Source of the DNA: Naegleria gruberi
Lineage: Eukaryota
Reading direction: 5' to 3' (one strand)
Length of the DNA: 64,000 bases
Assembly: GCA_000004985.1 (NCBI GenBank)
Contig: GG738890.1
Made by a program: the position numbers and the translations under genes. Below are positions 10,557 through 21,360 of the stretch, one piece after another (position 1 is the first letter of the stretch; each line of letters starts with the position of its first letter). A model generated the notes under the pieces. The model saw only the letters and a program-made list of their open reading frames with translations, did no database searches and was not told the origin of the DNA.

Positions 10557-12215
10557 ATGTCTCAAGATCTATTACTGCCAGAGATTGTCTTTCAGTGTCT
10601 TACCTATATTGATCTTGCAACTCTTCCTACTTGTATGGTAGTATGTCGGGAATGGCATGATATGATCAATCATTCACCCATGTTGTGGCGTTTATTGTTT
10701 GATCAATATTCGGAACAATTATCAACAAATCCTCGACAAGTATTTGCTACTTTTATGAATCTGCCAACAACGAGTGAAGAGGAAAATTCACTACAGGTTA
10801 AATTTGAAGAAACTTTTAGAAAGAAGGGATTATTGAATGATGAAAAATTGTTGAGATCCTTGAAGTTAGATGATAATCAGGCCAAGCATGAATTAGGAAT
10901 GCTCATTGGAAGAATTTATGCTCACTGTTGGCATGTGCATTTGTTGGAAGAGCATCCACCAACCAAATACTTGGATACCTTACTATTTTGTGCTGGTAGA
11001 ATTGGAAATTTCCAATTATATGAGATTGTAAGATTGTTAGGTCTTACTCAAAAGTGTTATCAACTCTTTAATATTAGTTATAATTATGAAAAGATAGAAA
11101 CATTGAGGCCTTTGTTTAGTTTGTCTTATTTTTGTAACATTGCTACAATGTTAGTTAGAGAAGTTGAAGCAAAGAAAGACAATTATACCCAGACATTACA
11201 GACAATTGTTGGATGGGAAAATTTCATGGTTAAATATTTTGAAGAAGGAAATAATATCATTCTGCCTGAAAATTTATTTGAGAGCGATTCGTTTCAACGT
11301 ATGGTTTTCGATTCCTTTGATGACATGATTAGATTTAAAGTTATTAGAAAGGTATTTGGTAGCAAATGGCCTAGTGGAGAGGAGGTCAATAACATATTGT
11401 TTTCTGTTTTTTTGAACAAGCTGAATCAAAGATTTATGGAGAATAAGGTGAAACCAAATGATTTAGTATCCAATATTGACCAATGCATTGAAATATTCAA
11501 TATTGAGAAATGTAGTCATGAACCATTTATTCAATTAATTGAAGGACGATGGTATGGACAGATTGTAAACTTATTTAACTCGTACAAACACTTACTTGAT
11601 GTCAAACATGTAAAGAGACTATTCCAAAGTGCATTTGTTGCCACAGATTATCCAGACTTGATCAAGTATCTCGTTACTGAATATGATATTGACCCATTGG
11701 AATTTTTTGATGAGAGAAATATCATTGCTCAATATTTTGAACGATTGCTTGAAAATAATGATTACTCTCTCAGATACATAATGGATCCACTATTATGTGG
11801 CAGAAAAATGAACCTTGCAGAGTTTTGTACCAAATGCCAAGAAAATAATTATCCAAATTTGTCAAGTGTGGAGAAAGTTTTCAATATTATGGAATTATTG
11901 GCTAAAAGTTGTCCTTCCTATGCATTTGTAGCTCTTATGTCAACTTTGAATAATTTATTTGAACCTCAAATCATAGTTAACCATTCAATCATTTTTGAAA
12001 GATTATTAGAATTTTATAATGAAGGAAAAGCTCAATTGAGTGCCTACGAAGAGCTATTGTACAATACACAAATAGTCAGTAATTATTCAGGTATTAAATA
12101 TCAGTCACTGAAAGAAATGATGATTCAAGAGAGAGAATACAATCCATTGTTTAGTGAAGTTCTAGAGCTTTGTGAAAAATATATTAATGAAAAGAAACAG
12201 ACAGAACAGAACTAA
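10557..12215 (+). CDS. F-box domain protein (hypothetical)
   Basis: N-terminal F-box: LLLPEIVFQCLTYIDLATLPTCMVVCREWHDMINHSPMLWRLLF. 552-aa single ORF. Confidence 0.5.
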   Translation: MSQDLLLPEIVFQCLTYIDLATLPTCMVVCREWHDMINHSPMLWRLLFDQYSEQLSTNPRQVFATFMNLPTTSEEENSLQVKFEETFRKKGLLNDEKLLRSLKLDDNQAKHELGMLIGRIYAHCWHVHLLEEHPPTKYLDTLLFCAGRIGNFQLYEIVRLLGLTQKCYQLFNISYNYEKIETLRPLFSLSYFCNIATMLVREVEAKKDNYTQTLQTIVGWENFMVKYFEEGNNIILPENLFESDSFQRMVFDSFDDMIRFKVIRKVFGSKWPSGEEVNNILFSVFLNKLNQRFMENKVKPNDLVSNIDQCIEIFNIEKCSHEPFIQLIEGRWYGQIVNLFNSYKHLLDVKHVKRLFQSAFVATDYPDLIKYLVTEYDIDPLEFFDERNIIAQYFERLLENNDYSLRYIMDPLLCGRKMNLAEFCTKCQENNYPNLSSVEKVFNIMELLAKSCPSYAFVALMSTLNNLFEPQIIVNHSIIFERLLEFYNEGKAQLSAYEELLYNTQIVSNYSGIKYQSLKEMMIQEREYNPLFSEVLELCEKYINEKKQTEQN

Positions 12216-12290
12216 AATCCCAATTCTTGTTTTTGATACCAAATATTTTTCAATTGTAAAAATTTCTTGGATGTTAATGAATCGGCAGCA

Positions 12291-13937
12291 TCATTCAAGC
12301 CCTTTAGGAAACAATAACTGTTCTAGTGTAATTTTTACGGGAAGATTATCAAGCATGCTTCGATACTTGGATATAAGGGTAGATCTTTTTTCAGGACTAG
12401 TATTGCTTCTAGTTGCCCTAATCATTACATTCTTTGGTGTATGTTCTGTATCAATAAATTCAATAACGTTTGTCTTGTAGCCCATAATTTCCAAAAGTTG
12501 ACATCTCAATGCATCTGTGTAAATGGAACAAAATTTTTCATTGAAAATGTTGTGTTGTAATAGTGGTTCCATAAAGTGATTCTCTGGGAGGGATTTCATA
12601 TGTTTCATTTGTTGGTAGACCTCGTGTTGGCAACATGGAACGGCTAGAATAATTTGACTCTTCCATCTTGTGGCTTGTTCGAGGGCCTTATCTGTTGCTG
12701 TATTGCAGGCATGCAAGGAAACAACAATGTCTACTTGGGAATCATCTTTGTATTCACCAGCAGTGAAATGTGAAGAAGCATCAAATGAATGAATGTCTCC
12801 TACCATAAATTTCAACTCCTTTTCATAGGAATACTTTTTTGAAATGTTATTGCAATGTTGAATGACATCCTTCTTCAAATCCAAACCAATAATTTGTACA
12901 TTTCCAATTTTCAGCACTTCTTTCAAATAGTAGTGAATAGCAAAAGTGAGATATGACTTTCCACATCCAAAATCAACAATTCTCAATGTCATATTTTCTA
13001 CATTTCCCTTCTGGTGTAATAGAGATGATATACTCTCCTTGAAAATCTCCAAAAAGTGATTCATTTGCTTGAACTTGTTATATTTCTGAGCGAGGATCTT
13101 ACCAGAAGTTTCATGTTGTATCCCCAATTCAACAAGGAAATTAATCAACTTGCCCTCTTCCAAAATGTAATCCTTCTTTCTGTTGTGTGAAAACTCATTC
13201 TCCACTGTCGATGATTCTCTAGTGCTTGTTGTTGCCTTAGCCAAATTTGCAATCTTGCTTACTTTCACTTGTTTCATCTTAGTTGTTTCCTTATCATACT
13301 TCACAAGCATGTGAATGTCCTCTGCTGAACCTCTTCTCTGAATCAAAACTTGCTGATAACTTGCATTGTCCATTAATTCTTGAATAATTCGCAATACTTG
13401 TGATAAATCCTCGAAATTTCTATGAATTGCCTTTCCATCCTTCAAAAACAAACTAAATTGAAAACAAGCCTTTGAATCCATCATCATAATCGGCCTCACT
13501 GAAAACTTGAATATTTCAACCTCTCCCAAATTTAATTCCTCTCTAATAGTGGTACCATTATTAATTGATGTTGTCTGTCTTGGTTCACTGAAAGTAGCCT
13601 TGATGAATTCCTTTCTAGAATTAACTTGTTCCGAAATTAAATTAATAAATTCTATTGTACTCGTGCTGATTTGTAATTTTGTATTTTCCATTAATGATGA
13701 TGGTGATGAGGAAGCATTGTGTTGTTGTTGTTGTTTTACATTCTTATCATGATTCGGAGCAAGACCTCGATTAAAATTTAATATGTTCGAAGAATGAAAA
13801 TTCCTTCGTGATTTACATAAAGATGATGAATTCCAAGCCACTTTTCCCATACCCGCCGAGAATGCTGATGATTTTGCCATCTGCTTCGTGTTGGCACCAA
13901 CAACAAACTTTGACTTTAATTTCGAAATCTTTTTCAT
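12291..13937 (-). CDS. Class I SAM-dependent methyltransferase (METTL25/Methyltransf_32-like)
   Basis: Motif I IVDFGCGKSYLTFAI, motif II IGLDLKKDVI, and a downstream LHACNTATDKALEQA...AVPCCQHE block that is typical of that family. Confidence 0.5.
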   Translation of the reverse strand: MKKISKLKSKFVVGANTKQMAKSSAFSAGMGKVAWNSSSLCKSRRNFHSSNILNFNRGLAPNHDKNVKQQQQHNASSSPSSLMENTKLQISTSTIEFINLISEQVNSRKEFIKATFSEPRQTTSINNGTTIREELNLGEVEIFKFSVRPIMMMDSKACFQFSLFLKDGKAIHRNFEDLSQVLRIIQELMDNASYQQVLIQRRGSAEDIHMLVKYDKETTKMKQVKVSKIANLAKATTSTRESSTVENEFSHNRKKDYILEEGKLINFLVELGIQHETSGKILAQKYNKFKQMNHFLEIFKESISSLLHQKGNVENMTLRIVDFGCGKSYLTFAIHYYLKEVLKIGNVQIIGLDLKKDVIQHCNNISKKYSYEKELKFMVGDIHSFDASSHFTAGEYKDDSQVDIVVSLHACNTATDKALEQATRWKSQIILAVPCCQHEVYQQMKHMKSLPENHFMEPLLQHNIFNEKFCSIYTDALRCQLLEIMGYKTNVIEFIDTEHTPKNVMIRATRSNTSPEKRSTLISKYRSMLDNLPVKITLEQLLFPKGLE

Positions 13938-14087
13938 TCCGGACTTTTTTTTTTGTAATAAATCTGAAAAAATTTAAAAATTAAAAAAAGTGAAAAGGAA
14001 AATGAATGAGAGATTGCCTAGTCCAGCAGTATTGTAGGAATAATTCAAGGGAAGTGAAAATGAGTTTATTAATCCTGGTTTCAATTA

Positions 14088-15732
14088 TTACTTCAAAATA
14101 GGAATTGCCTTCAAAATTCCAAGTGGACTTGTGTATTGTCTCAACTTGTTACTGTCCTTAATATGTTTCACACCATTCACGACACACTCATTGGCATGAG
14201 CAATGTTATATTCAATGCAGTCCAATAATTCATCTTGGTGTTCAACGAGATTGGCAAAATCTTGGAATAATTGATTGAGTTGAACCATGGAAAAGTATAA
14301 TTGTTTGATATCTTCATTACTTTCCTTTGCAAGTTGATATTCCACATCCAAAGTTGCTTCCTGAGATTGAGTCAAGGCATATTTAGTGTCACCCTTCAAT
14401 AATTCTTGGAATTGCAATTTATCTTCCACAATCATGGTCTCAATCTCTTGAGGAGTTAGGTCAGCATATGGTGATGCTGCATTTTTACCATTTCCTTTAG
14501 CATAAATGTCAAAGAGACGTTTCACACGACCAATCTTGCTTTGTTTGCATTCTTGTTGTACAGATTGGAATTTATCCATTTCTTGCATGAAGAGTTGAAT
14601 GAGTTTTTGCTGTTGTTGAGATCTGAGACGAGTGATGGCATTCTCTTCTTTCATGGCTTCTTTAATTGAGGAAGTTTCGATGGAAATTTCCTTAATGGCC
14701 TCTTGAATTGTAGATGAAAGTTTAGAAGTAACATCAACTTGTTCTCTCATTTTACTGAATTTCCATTTTAAAAATTATTCGAAATTATTTGAAACCTACC
14801 CTGAAAGTTCATCCAAAACTTTAGAATTTGATTCAGTTTGTACCTTATTAGAAAGACTTTCCAATTTGTTAATTTCATTCACCAGATCCACAGTAATCTT
14901 TCTTTCAATTTCATCCTAAATTTCAGATATTTCATTAATTTTCAAATAGTTCCATTTGTTTCATTTAATTTTTCAAAATTCTCAACTAGTACTTACTGCT
15001 TGTTTTTTAAATCTATTCAAATGTTCTTCAATAGTTTCTTCCGTTGGACCACTATTACTATTTGAAGATGCACTTTTAGATTTTTCAGAACTTGAGCTAG
15101 TGGATGACAAACTTCCAGAACTTGACGAAGATTTCATATCAGAAGCACCAAGAGAAACATTCACAAGTATTTTACCATTTCTAACTTGTTCCAAATCCAA
15201 CCAGAATGGTCCCTTTTCGGCAAGTTTCGTAAAATCTGCAATGGTTTTCTCGACCTTTCCCATTGCAACATTCATTAACAGTTTATTCTTGTCAAAAACT
15301 GCAAATTTCAAAGTATCACTTGGTTTGACTCTGTAATAATATTAAATTAATTGCATTATTATTTTATGGATTCGAATAATGATGAAATTATAAACTTACT
15401 GATCGAAAGTAAATTCTTCATTCCATTCCGGATCCAAAGTTTTGTATTGTACTTTAGTCTTTTGTTCATTAGATTTGGAAAATGGCAACTTGATGAGAGA
15501 ATCATTCGGATTGATGGTTCTTTTTAAAAATTATTATTATTCGAAACTTGATGATATTCGAAACTCACATTACTACAAACTAATAGATCATCACAAATTG
15601 TTAAAAATTATAATAATAATTATTTAATATAATTCACATCACACATAAAATACCTACTGGATCACTAGAACCATTCAAATCTTTGCACTGAAGTTGTGAT
15701 CCTTTCACAACCGAAACTTGAAGTTTTGACAT
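14088..15732 (-). CDS. Multi-exon gene: N-terminal C2 domain, Ser-rich linker, then syntaxin-like t-SNARE (Habc + SNARE motif) with no C-terminal TM
   Basis: The SNARE motif is IKQLYFSMVQLNQLFQDFANLVEHQDELLDCIEYNIAHANECV in the ORF 14088..14750. Hb/Hc helices are present, and Ha (DEIERKITVDLVNEINKLESL) lies in an upstream exon (14800..14915). The C2 exons carry SKLQVSVVKGSQLQCKDLNGSSDP...KTKVQYKTLDPEWNEEFTFD (15401..15732). GTAAGT donors are at 14991-14996 and 15395-15400. The exon phases are compatible with one transcript. Confidence 0.55.
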
Positions 15733-15941
15733 TTTTTTTAATCTATTTTTGATATGAAATCACTGTTTCCAATCACGTTTCAGAGTTTATTTACAACAAT
15801 ACAAATGAAAAACATAAATTAGCAATTCACGTGAATTAAATGTCTCAATTGACTAAAAAATCCAATCAATTTCATCCCATCAGGTATTTACCAGGATACC
15901 CAACAACAAATTGGCATGGTTAATATTATGTTTGATATAAG

Positions 15942-16634
15942 CTATGAATCAACTTCAATTGTAAAGATATCATGTTCAGAGTTATAACAAAGTGTGTGCA
16001 ACATTAAATCTCCAATTTCATGACCCCAAATTCCATACTTTCCATTGGTAGAACATCTATTAATTAAAGAACAATTTGGATCTTGATCACGCATTGGTTG
16101 AGCAGTGATGGATGAAGAACCATCTTCCTCTTCATATATTTCCTTATATCCCCTACAAATCAAGGCAACCAATTGTCTCTGCGTGAAACCATTCACAGGA
16201 CGTTCAAAAGTCTTCCGAGCAGGAATTGATAATGGATAATCATATTCAATAGTAATAGATTGTCTATTCGGAATCAAATCTGTGGTATCTTCATATCTTT
16301 CCAATTCATCTTCATAACATTGAACGGAAACATAGACGTTTTGTTCTTCCATATCATCAGACTTGACCATGTCGGGCTTGACCATGTCGAGGATGTTTGG
16401 AGAGGCTAAATAGGCTGGTGTTGTTGCTGATGGAGTTTCTTGTTTCTGCTCTGCTTCGGAGAAAATTTGATGTTGAGAAAAGAAGCGTGATTGTTGATAA
16501 ATATTATTCATTACTTTCACTTGTTGGGTCAAACAAGGTTCAATGTGTGTGGCACCGACACCTCTAAAGGCAGATACTTGTTGTTTTTGAGAGGAGAGAG
16601 CGGCACGACGAATGAGAGCAAGACTTTTTTTCAT
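15942..16634 (-). CDS. Hypothetical protein with presequence-like N-terminus
   Basis: 230-aa ORF with an ATG start. The N-terminus is basic and hydroxylated (MKKSLALIRRAALSS). A 15-bp tandem repeat encodes MVKPDMVKSD. I recognised no domain. Confidence 0.4.
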   Translation of the reverse strand: MKKSLALIRRAALSSQKQQVSAFRGVGATHIEPCLTQQVKVMNNIYQQSRFFSQHQIFSEAEQKQETPSATTPAYLASPNILDMVKPDMVKSDDMEEQNVYVSVQCYEDELERYEDTTDLIPNRQSITIEYDYPLSIPARKTFERPVNGFTQRQLVALICRGYKEIYEEEDGSSSITAQPMRDQDPNCSLINRCSTNGKYGIWGHEIGDLMLHTLCYNSEHDIFTIEVDS

Positions 16635-16794
16635 TTTTTTTGATTGAATTTCTCAAAAAAGATTGAATTTTACAATGAATTTGATTGAACGTTTTGAAAA
16701 ATTGTAAATTTGGAAAATTACAAATGAGATTATTACAATAATTCGAACACATTCGAAAAAGAATCACGTTTGAACAAATTCAAATTTAAAAAAA

Positions 16795-17778
16795 ATGATT
16801 AAAAATTCGATCAGACAATTCATAAAAGGTGCATCTTTAAAGGCGCATCATCATCAGCTTTATTTTAATACTTTTCATTATACGAAAGTAAACTATTCTT
16901 CTTACACCCTTCCAGAGATACAAAAATCCATCGAACAAATCAACCAACAAATTTTGAGCACCGAAAAATCCTATCAACTTCATCCGAACATGAAGAATAG
17001 ACTATTCTTTGAATTATCTGAAAATTACTGCGAAAGAGCTTCCTTTCTTTTTTTACTAAAAGATTACAAAAGTGGAACGAACGATCTCACACAAGCAATT
17101 TCATTCAATCCAAGAAATTATAAAGCTTGGCTTTTGAAAGCTCGATATAACTTTGAAAAAGTTGGAGATTTACAAAAAGCTTTGGAAGATTACAACAAGG
17201 TACTTGAATTGCATCCACAACATGTTTTTGCACTCATTGGTCGATGTGATATTTATTTGGAATGGAATGAGTTGGATAAATTGTTGAATGATACTTCTAC
17301 TATTATTGATTTAGTGAAATTGAAAGAAAATCAAAGATTGGAACAAGATGAGAGTGGAGGATTGAAATATGATTCCATTAACATGTTGATCAATTCGTAT
17401 AATAAGAGATTTATTGCATTTCTTAGAAAGGGAGAGTATGAAGTAGCTTTGAATGAATTAAATGAATTAATTAAGGAAATTCCAATGGAGAAAACAGAAA
17501 AATTAATTCAGATGTATTTATTGAAAGGAGTTTTGTATCGTGATCAATTAGCTCAGCCAGATAAGGCACTGGAGGAGTGCAGTAAGATAATTAAGATTGA
17601 TCCGTCTCATGTAGATTCCTTGATTATTAGAGCTTCTCTTTATATGGAAAAGAAAGATTATCAAAGAGCATTGGAAGATTATGAGAAACTACTTGAATTG
17701 GAGCCAACCTCTAAGAATGCCAATTATAGAAACATCATTGAGTCAATCAAAAAGTTGGAAAAAAACAAGTCAAACTAA
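16795..17778 (+). CDS. TPR-repeat protein
   Basis: Repeated 34-residue TPR-like units: AWLLKARYNFEKVGDLQKALEDYNKVLELHP, ALIGRCDIYLE, ALEDYEKLLELEP. Confidence 0.6.
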   Translation: MIKNSIRQFIKGASLKAHHHQLYFNTFHYTKVNYSSYTLPEIQKSIEQINQQILSTEKSYQLHPNMKNRLFFELSENYCERASFLFLLKDYKSGTNDLTQAISFNPRNYKAWLLKARYNFEKVGDLQKALEDYNKVLELHPQHVFALIGRCDIYLEWNELDKLLNDTSTIIDLVKLKENQRLEQDESGGLKYDSINMLINSYNKRFIAFLRKGEYEVALNELNELIKEIPMEKTEKLIQMYLLKGVLYRDQLAQPDKALEECSKIIKIDPSHVDSLIIRASLYMEKKDYQRALEDYEKLLELEPTSKNANYRNIIESIKKLEKNKSN

Positions 17779-17809
17779 TTTGAATATATTGACACAGTTG
17801 TTGGTCAAT

Positions 17810-19426
17810 TTATTCTAAAGTGGAATCTTCTCCTTGTAAAGGAGAGTAATCTTCGAGATTGATAATGTCTGTTGCAATTTTCTCAGTAAAGTATCTATCA
17901 TGTGAAGTAGCAATGATAATTCCAGGAAAATTCATTAATGCTTCCTCGATTACTTCTAAACTTGGAAAGTCAATATGATTAGTCAATTCATCCAATACCA
18001 AAATTGAGCATTTTTGCATGATTATTTTACATAGCTGTACCTTTCTTCTACATCCAATACTCAACGATTTCAATGGTGAATTCAAATCATGCCAAGTATA
18101 AACTCCAAGATTACACAATTCAGTAATAACCTTTTGTTTTGTTGCTTGAATACTCGAATCTTCCATCAACAATTCAATTGCAGTCTTGTCGAGTGGCATA
18201 TTTTCCTGTTCCTGATCTAAATAACCAATCTTGGCATGCTTACTAATATTTACACTTCCTTCATCGGATTCTGTCAATCCCATAATTATGTTCATTAAGG
18301 TTGTCTTTCCAGAACCATTAGGTCCTTGAATGATTAATCGATCTCCACTAACCAAAGTGAAGGAAAGATTTTGGAAGAGAGGTTTTTGGGCAAAGGATTT
18401 GGACAAGTCCGATAATTCAATACTTAGAGAGGATGCAATAGAACTTTCATCAAATTCGAACGAAATTTTGTTTCGTTCTTGAATTAAATCTGTTCTATTC
18501 TCGAGCAAGTGTTCTTGCTTTCTCGTGATTTGATTAAATGCTTTGGAGGTACCCTTGTGAACTCGTTCCTCTTGATTGTTATAACTGAGTTTATCCCTAT
18601 TCTTTGGATCTCTCAATTTTCTAGCTTTCATGGAAGATGCCATCTGAATTGACTTTTGTTTCAGGTTTTTCAATTCCTTATCTTGAAGTTCACGTTCTTG
18701 CATGGCTCGTTGACGTTTCTTTTCCTCTTGAGCAAGATAATTTTCGTATCCTCCCCTGAAGTGAACAAACTTTTTGGTGTGAGGAGAAAGTTCTGAAATT
18801 CTATTAGAAACTGAATTAATCAATGTTCTGTCGTGAGTCACCATCACAACTGCTCCATCATAATCCTTCAAGAAATGTTCCAACCATTCAATACCTTGCA
18901 CATCAAGGTGATTAGTTGGTTCATCCAATAATAAAATGTCAGGTTTCACAATACTTAGAGCACACAGAATTGACTTGGTTTTCTCTCCACCACTCAAACT
19001 CTCAAATGGTTGTTCCAATAAATCATTATTCAATCCAATAAGTTTCGTCTGCTGATAAATCTCATCTCCAATTATCGAATTCAACTCATTATACCACTCC
19101 TCAGAAAGTGGTTGCAAAGGTTGTTCCAAAAACTGTTGAATATCAGCATCAGGAAAGAATTTCAACATGGTAATAATTGTCGACTCATCACCCTTAGTAA
19201 TTTCTTCAAAATGTTGAGGCAAGAAACCAATCTTTCCCTCAATCTCCACCATTCCAGTATATTCAAAGTCAATCATACCAAATTGAGATGTTCTATTATG
19301 ATTATCATCATCTTTTTGATCATGATCATCATTATTTAAATAAGCACTATTCATCAAACGGAGGAATGTAGTTTTGCCACATCCATTCTCGCCCACAAGT
19401 GTTACCTTCGCACAATATAGGATCAT
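17810..19426 (-). CDS. ABC-F family ATPase (two ABC cassettes, no TMD); 5' end is probably incomplete in this ORF
   Basis: Walker A GENGCGKT and GPNGSGKT. Signature motifs LSGGEKT and LSIGCRRK. Walker B LLLDEPTNHLD and LVLDELTNHID. The ORF begins only 12 residues before the first Walker A. An ABC-F-like DIKIFNITIKHSNRMIIS segment lies upstream in another frame (about 19530..19640). Confidence 0.8.
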   Translation of the reverse strand: MILYCAKVTLVGENGCGKTTFLRLMNSAYLNNDDHDQKDDDNHNRTSQFGMIDFEYTGMVEIEGKIGFLPQHFEEITKGDESTIITMLKFFPDADIQQFLEQPLQPLSEEWYNELNSIIGDEIYQQTKLIGLNNDLLEQPFESLSGGEKTKSILCALSIVKPDILLLDEPTNHLDVQGIEWLEHFLKDYDGAVVMVTHDRTLINSVSNRISELSPHTKKFVHFRGGYENYLAQEEKKRQRAMQERELQDKELKNLKQKSIQMASSMKARKLRDPKNRDKLSYNNQEERVHKGTSKAFNQITRKQEHLLENRTDLIQERNKISFEFDESSIASSLSIELSDLSKSFAQKPLFQNLSFTLVSGDRLIIQGPNGSGKTTLMNIIMGLTESDEGSVNISKHAKIGYLDQEQENMPLDKTAIELLMEDSSIQATKQKVITELCNLGVYTWHDLNSPLKSLSIGCRRKVQLCKIIMQKCSILVLDELTNHIDFPSLEVIEEALMNFPGIIIATSHDRYFTEKIATDIINLEDYSPLQGEDSTLE

Positions 19427-19710
19427 CAATAATAAGTGTTTCTTGTTTTTCTTTTTTATATGGAGTTGACTCTATCATTAGAAAAACACAAATGGGAGAT
19501 GATCATTCTATTAGAGTGTTTAATGGTGATATTAAATATTTTGATGTCACTAGAAGAATTAAAGAATCTAATATAAAGTACGACTATTTAAAAGGGAATT
19601 CTTGGTTTGATAATAGATTAATAATAGATTACAAAAGTCATAACACTAGAAGTTTCTTGTTTGTAAGAAATTTCACAATCCATTTATTATTCTGTTCACT
19701 AAATAATGAA

Positions 19711-20253
19711 TTAAATATCTTCTTGAGCTAATACACTGGAAGCATAATTTTTTAAGGTCTCTACATACTGTAACTGGTCAACTTCAAACTTATCTCTATC
19801 ATTAGAGAATGTTATTATTTCGATATTCTTCTCTTCATTAAATAGGATCTTCTTTAATTTCATACAAGCTTTCCAGTAATGATACTCAACTAGAAAGATT
19901 TGGTAGTTCTTGTAAAGATAATCAAGATCAGAATCTTTAAAAATAATCTTCAGCTCTTTTCTGAAATTGGCTGGTGTGATTATTTTAAAATCAGCAAACA
20001 GCTCGAGCTTTCTATACTTTCCTTTAATTTCATTAATATCCTTTTCACCAACATAAATGTCAATAATGAGTGTTTTTTGTCTTCCATTTCCCCTCTTAAT
20101 TACAAAGTCTGGTGTTGAATTGTTGAGAAGACATTTAATATCGTGTTCTCGAGTAATAATGTTCTCTGTAATAAAAACTTCTTTCTTTTCTATCAACATA
20201 TCTTGTATCATGTAATACAAATAATCATGTACCATTTCATTATTGTCTTCCAT
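19711..20253 (-). CDS. Hypothetical protein (possibly the 3' part of the same gene as 20331..21041)
   Basis: 180-aa ORF with an ATG start. The reading frame stays open upstream into 20254..20345 in a shifted frame that connects to the neighbouring ORF. Confidence 0.35.
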   Translation of the reverse strand: MEDNNEMVHDYLYYMIQDMLIEKKEVFITENIITREHDIKCLLNNSTPDFVIKRGNGRQKTLIIDIYVGEKDINEIKGKYRKLELFADFKIITPANFRKELKIIFKDSDLDYLYKNYQIFLVEYHYWKACMKLKKILFNEEKNIEIITFSNDRDKFEVDQLQYVETLKNYASSVLAQEDI

Positions 20254-20330
20254 ATAGCCTAAAGCCTTTAGTCTTTGTTCGATATATGTAAAGGCTTGTT
20301 TAGTATTGGATACGGCATACTTATGCTCTA

Positions 20331-21041
20331 TTAAATCCTTGAAGTGAGCATTCTTCTTCCATTCTGATGGAATATGAAATTTTTTTCTAAAAACCTGAAG
20401 TAATGACGAAGTGTTTTGGCTGAGACAAAACTTAAGACATCTCCATCGGATAGTCTATCACCAACTTCGTAGTTACGTCTAATCTCCTTGATAGTAGTTA
20501 GACCCCAATGTTTACCAGTGAAATCCTCATCAGCGGATTCCTCATCAGGGTCTTCATCAAGTTGATTAGCTTGTTGCAGAACAGGAGGAACAGCTTCGAG
20601 ATGCTTTATTCTCTCACCCAAAGAAGTGATGGCGTTGAGAATAGCATCAAGGTTCTTTTCAGAACCAGCTTGGTTGTTATCCAAGGTTTTGGATGTTGGG
20701 TCAACCACAGAGGGGAGTGAAGCTGAGCTACCATTGTCAGTTACTGGGATGTAACCAGACTTGTAGGTAGAAGTTGAGGATTTGCTTGCTGAAACTCTTT
20801 GACGAATGTTGGAAATATTCGCCTTGCTTGGTGTTTGAACCATTTCAATATACTTAATTTTTTTGAGCATAAAATTATTTATCAACTCAATTTTATTGTT
20901 TACAATTTGTCGAAATACTAACGTTGCATCGTTCCTCGCAACTCTACATTTGTCACTACTAATCATTCCCTGTTGTTCAAATGGTACGTCAACTCCTTGT
21001 TGTGTCATACAAACTTCATCAATTATTGCTTGTTCAGACAT
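20331..21041 (-). CDS. Hypothetical Ser/Thr-rich protein
   Basis: The listed ORF starts with GTG; the first ATG is at 21039-21041. It has a coiled-coil/low-complexity middle, and its C-terminus runs into the frame discontinuity at about 20330-20400. Confidence 0.4.
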   Translation of the reverse strand: MSEQAIIDEVCMTQQGVDVPFEQQGMISSDKCRVARNDATLVFRQIVNNKIELINNFMLKKIKYIEMVQTPSKANISNIRQRVSASKSSTSTYKSGYIPVTDNGSSASLPSVVDPTSKTLDNNQAGSEKNLDAILNAITSLGERIKHLEAVPPVLQQANQLDEDPDEESADEDFTGKHWGLTTIKEIRRNYEVGDRLSDGDVLSFVSAKTLRHYFRFLEKNFIFHQNGRRMLTSRI

Positions 21042-21360
21042 CGTCACTTTGGTGCTTGAAGTTTTTTTTTTATTGTTCTTTAAAAAATTAAAATTATTGT
21101 GATTTTGAACATGTTACATTGCAAATTAATAAAAACAAGATTGAGAACAAGTAATCCTCATTATAGAGATGGTACTAAGTGACAGTGAAACGGGGGACGG
21201 ATGAGACGGAGAACACTCAGTTTCTTACTAAAGACGGGAGAAGAGCATCCGCTTAATACTGATGACGGTAAACCAAAATGGAAAATGCACAACCTTAGTA
21301 ACACCGATAAATTGAATGATACATTTAATAAAGTTAAGAATATGAAAAAATATTTCAACA

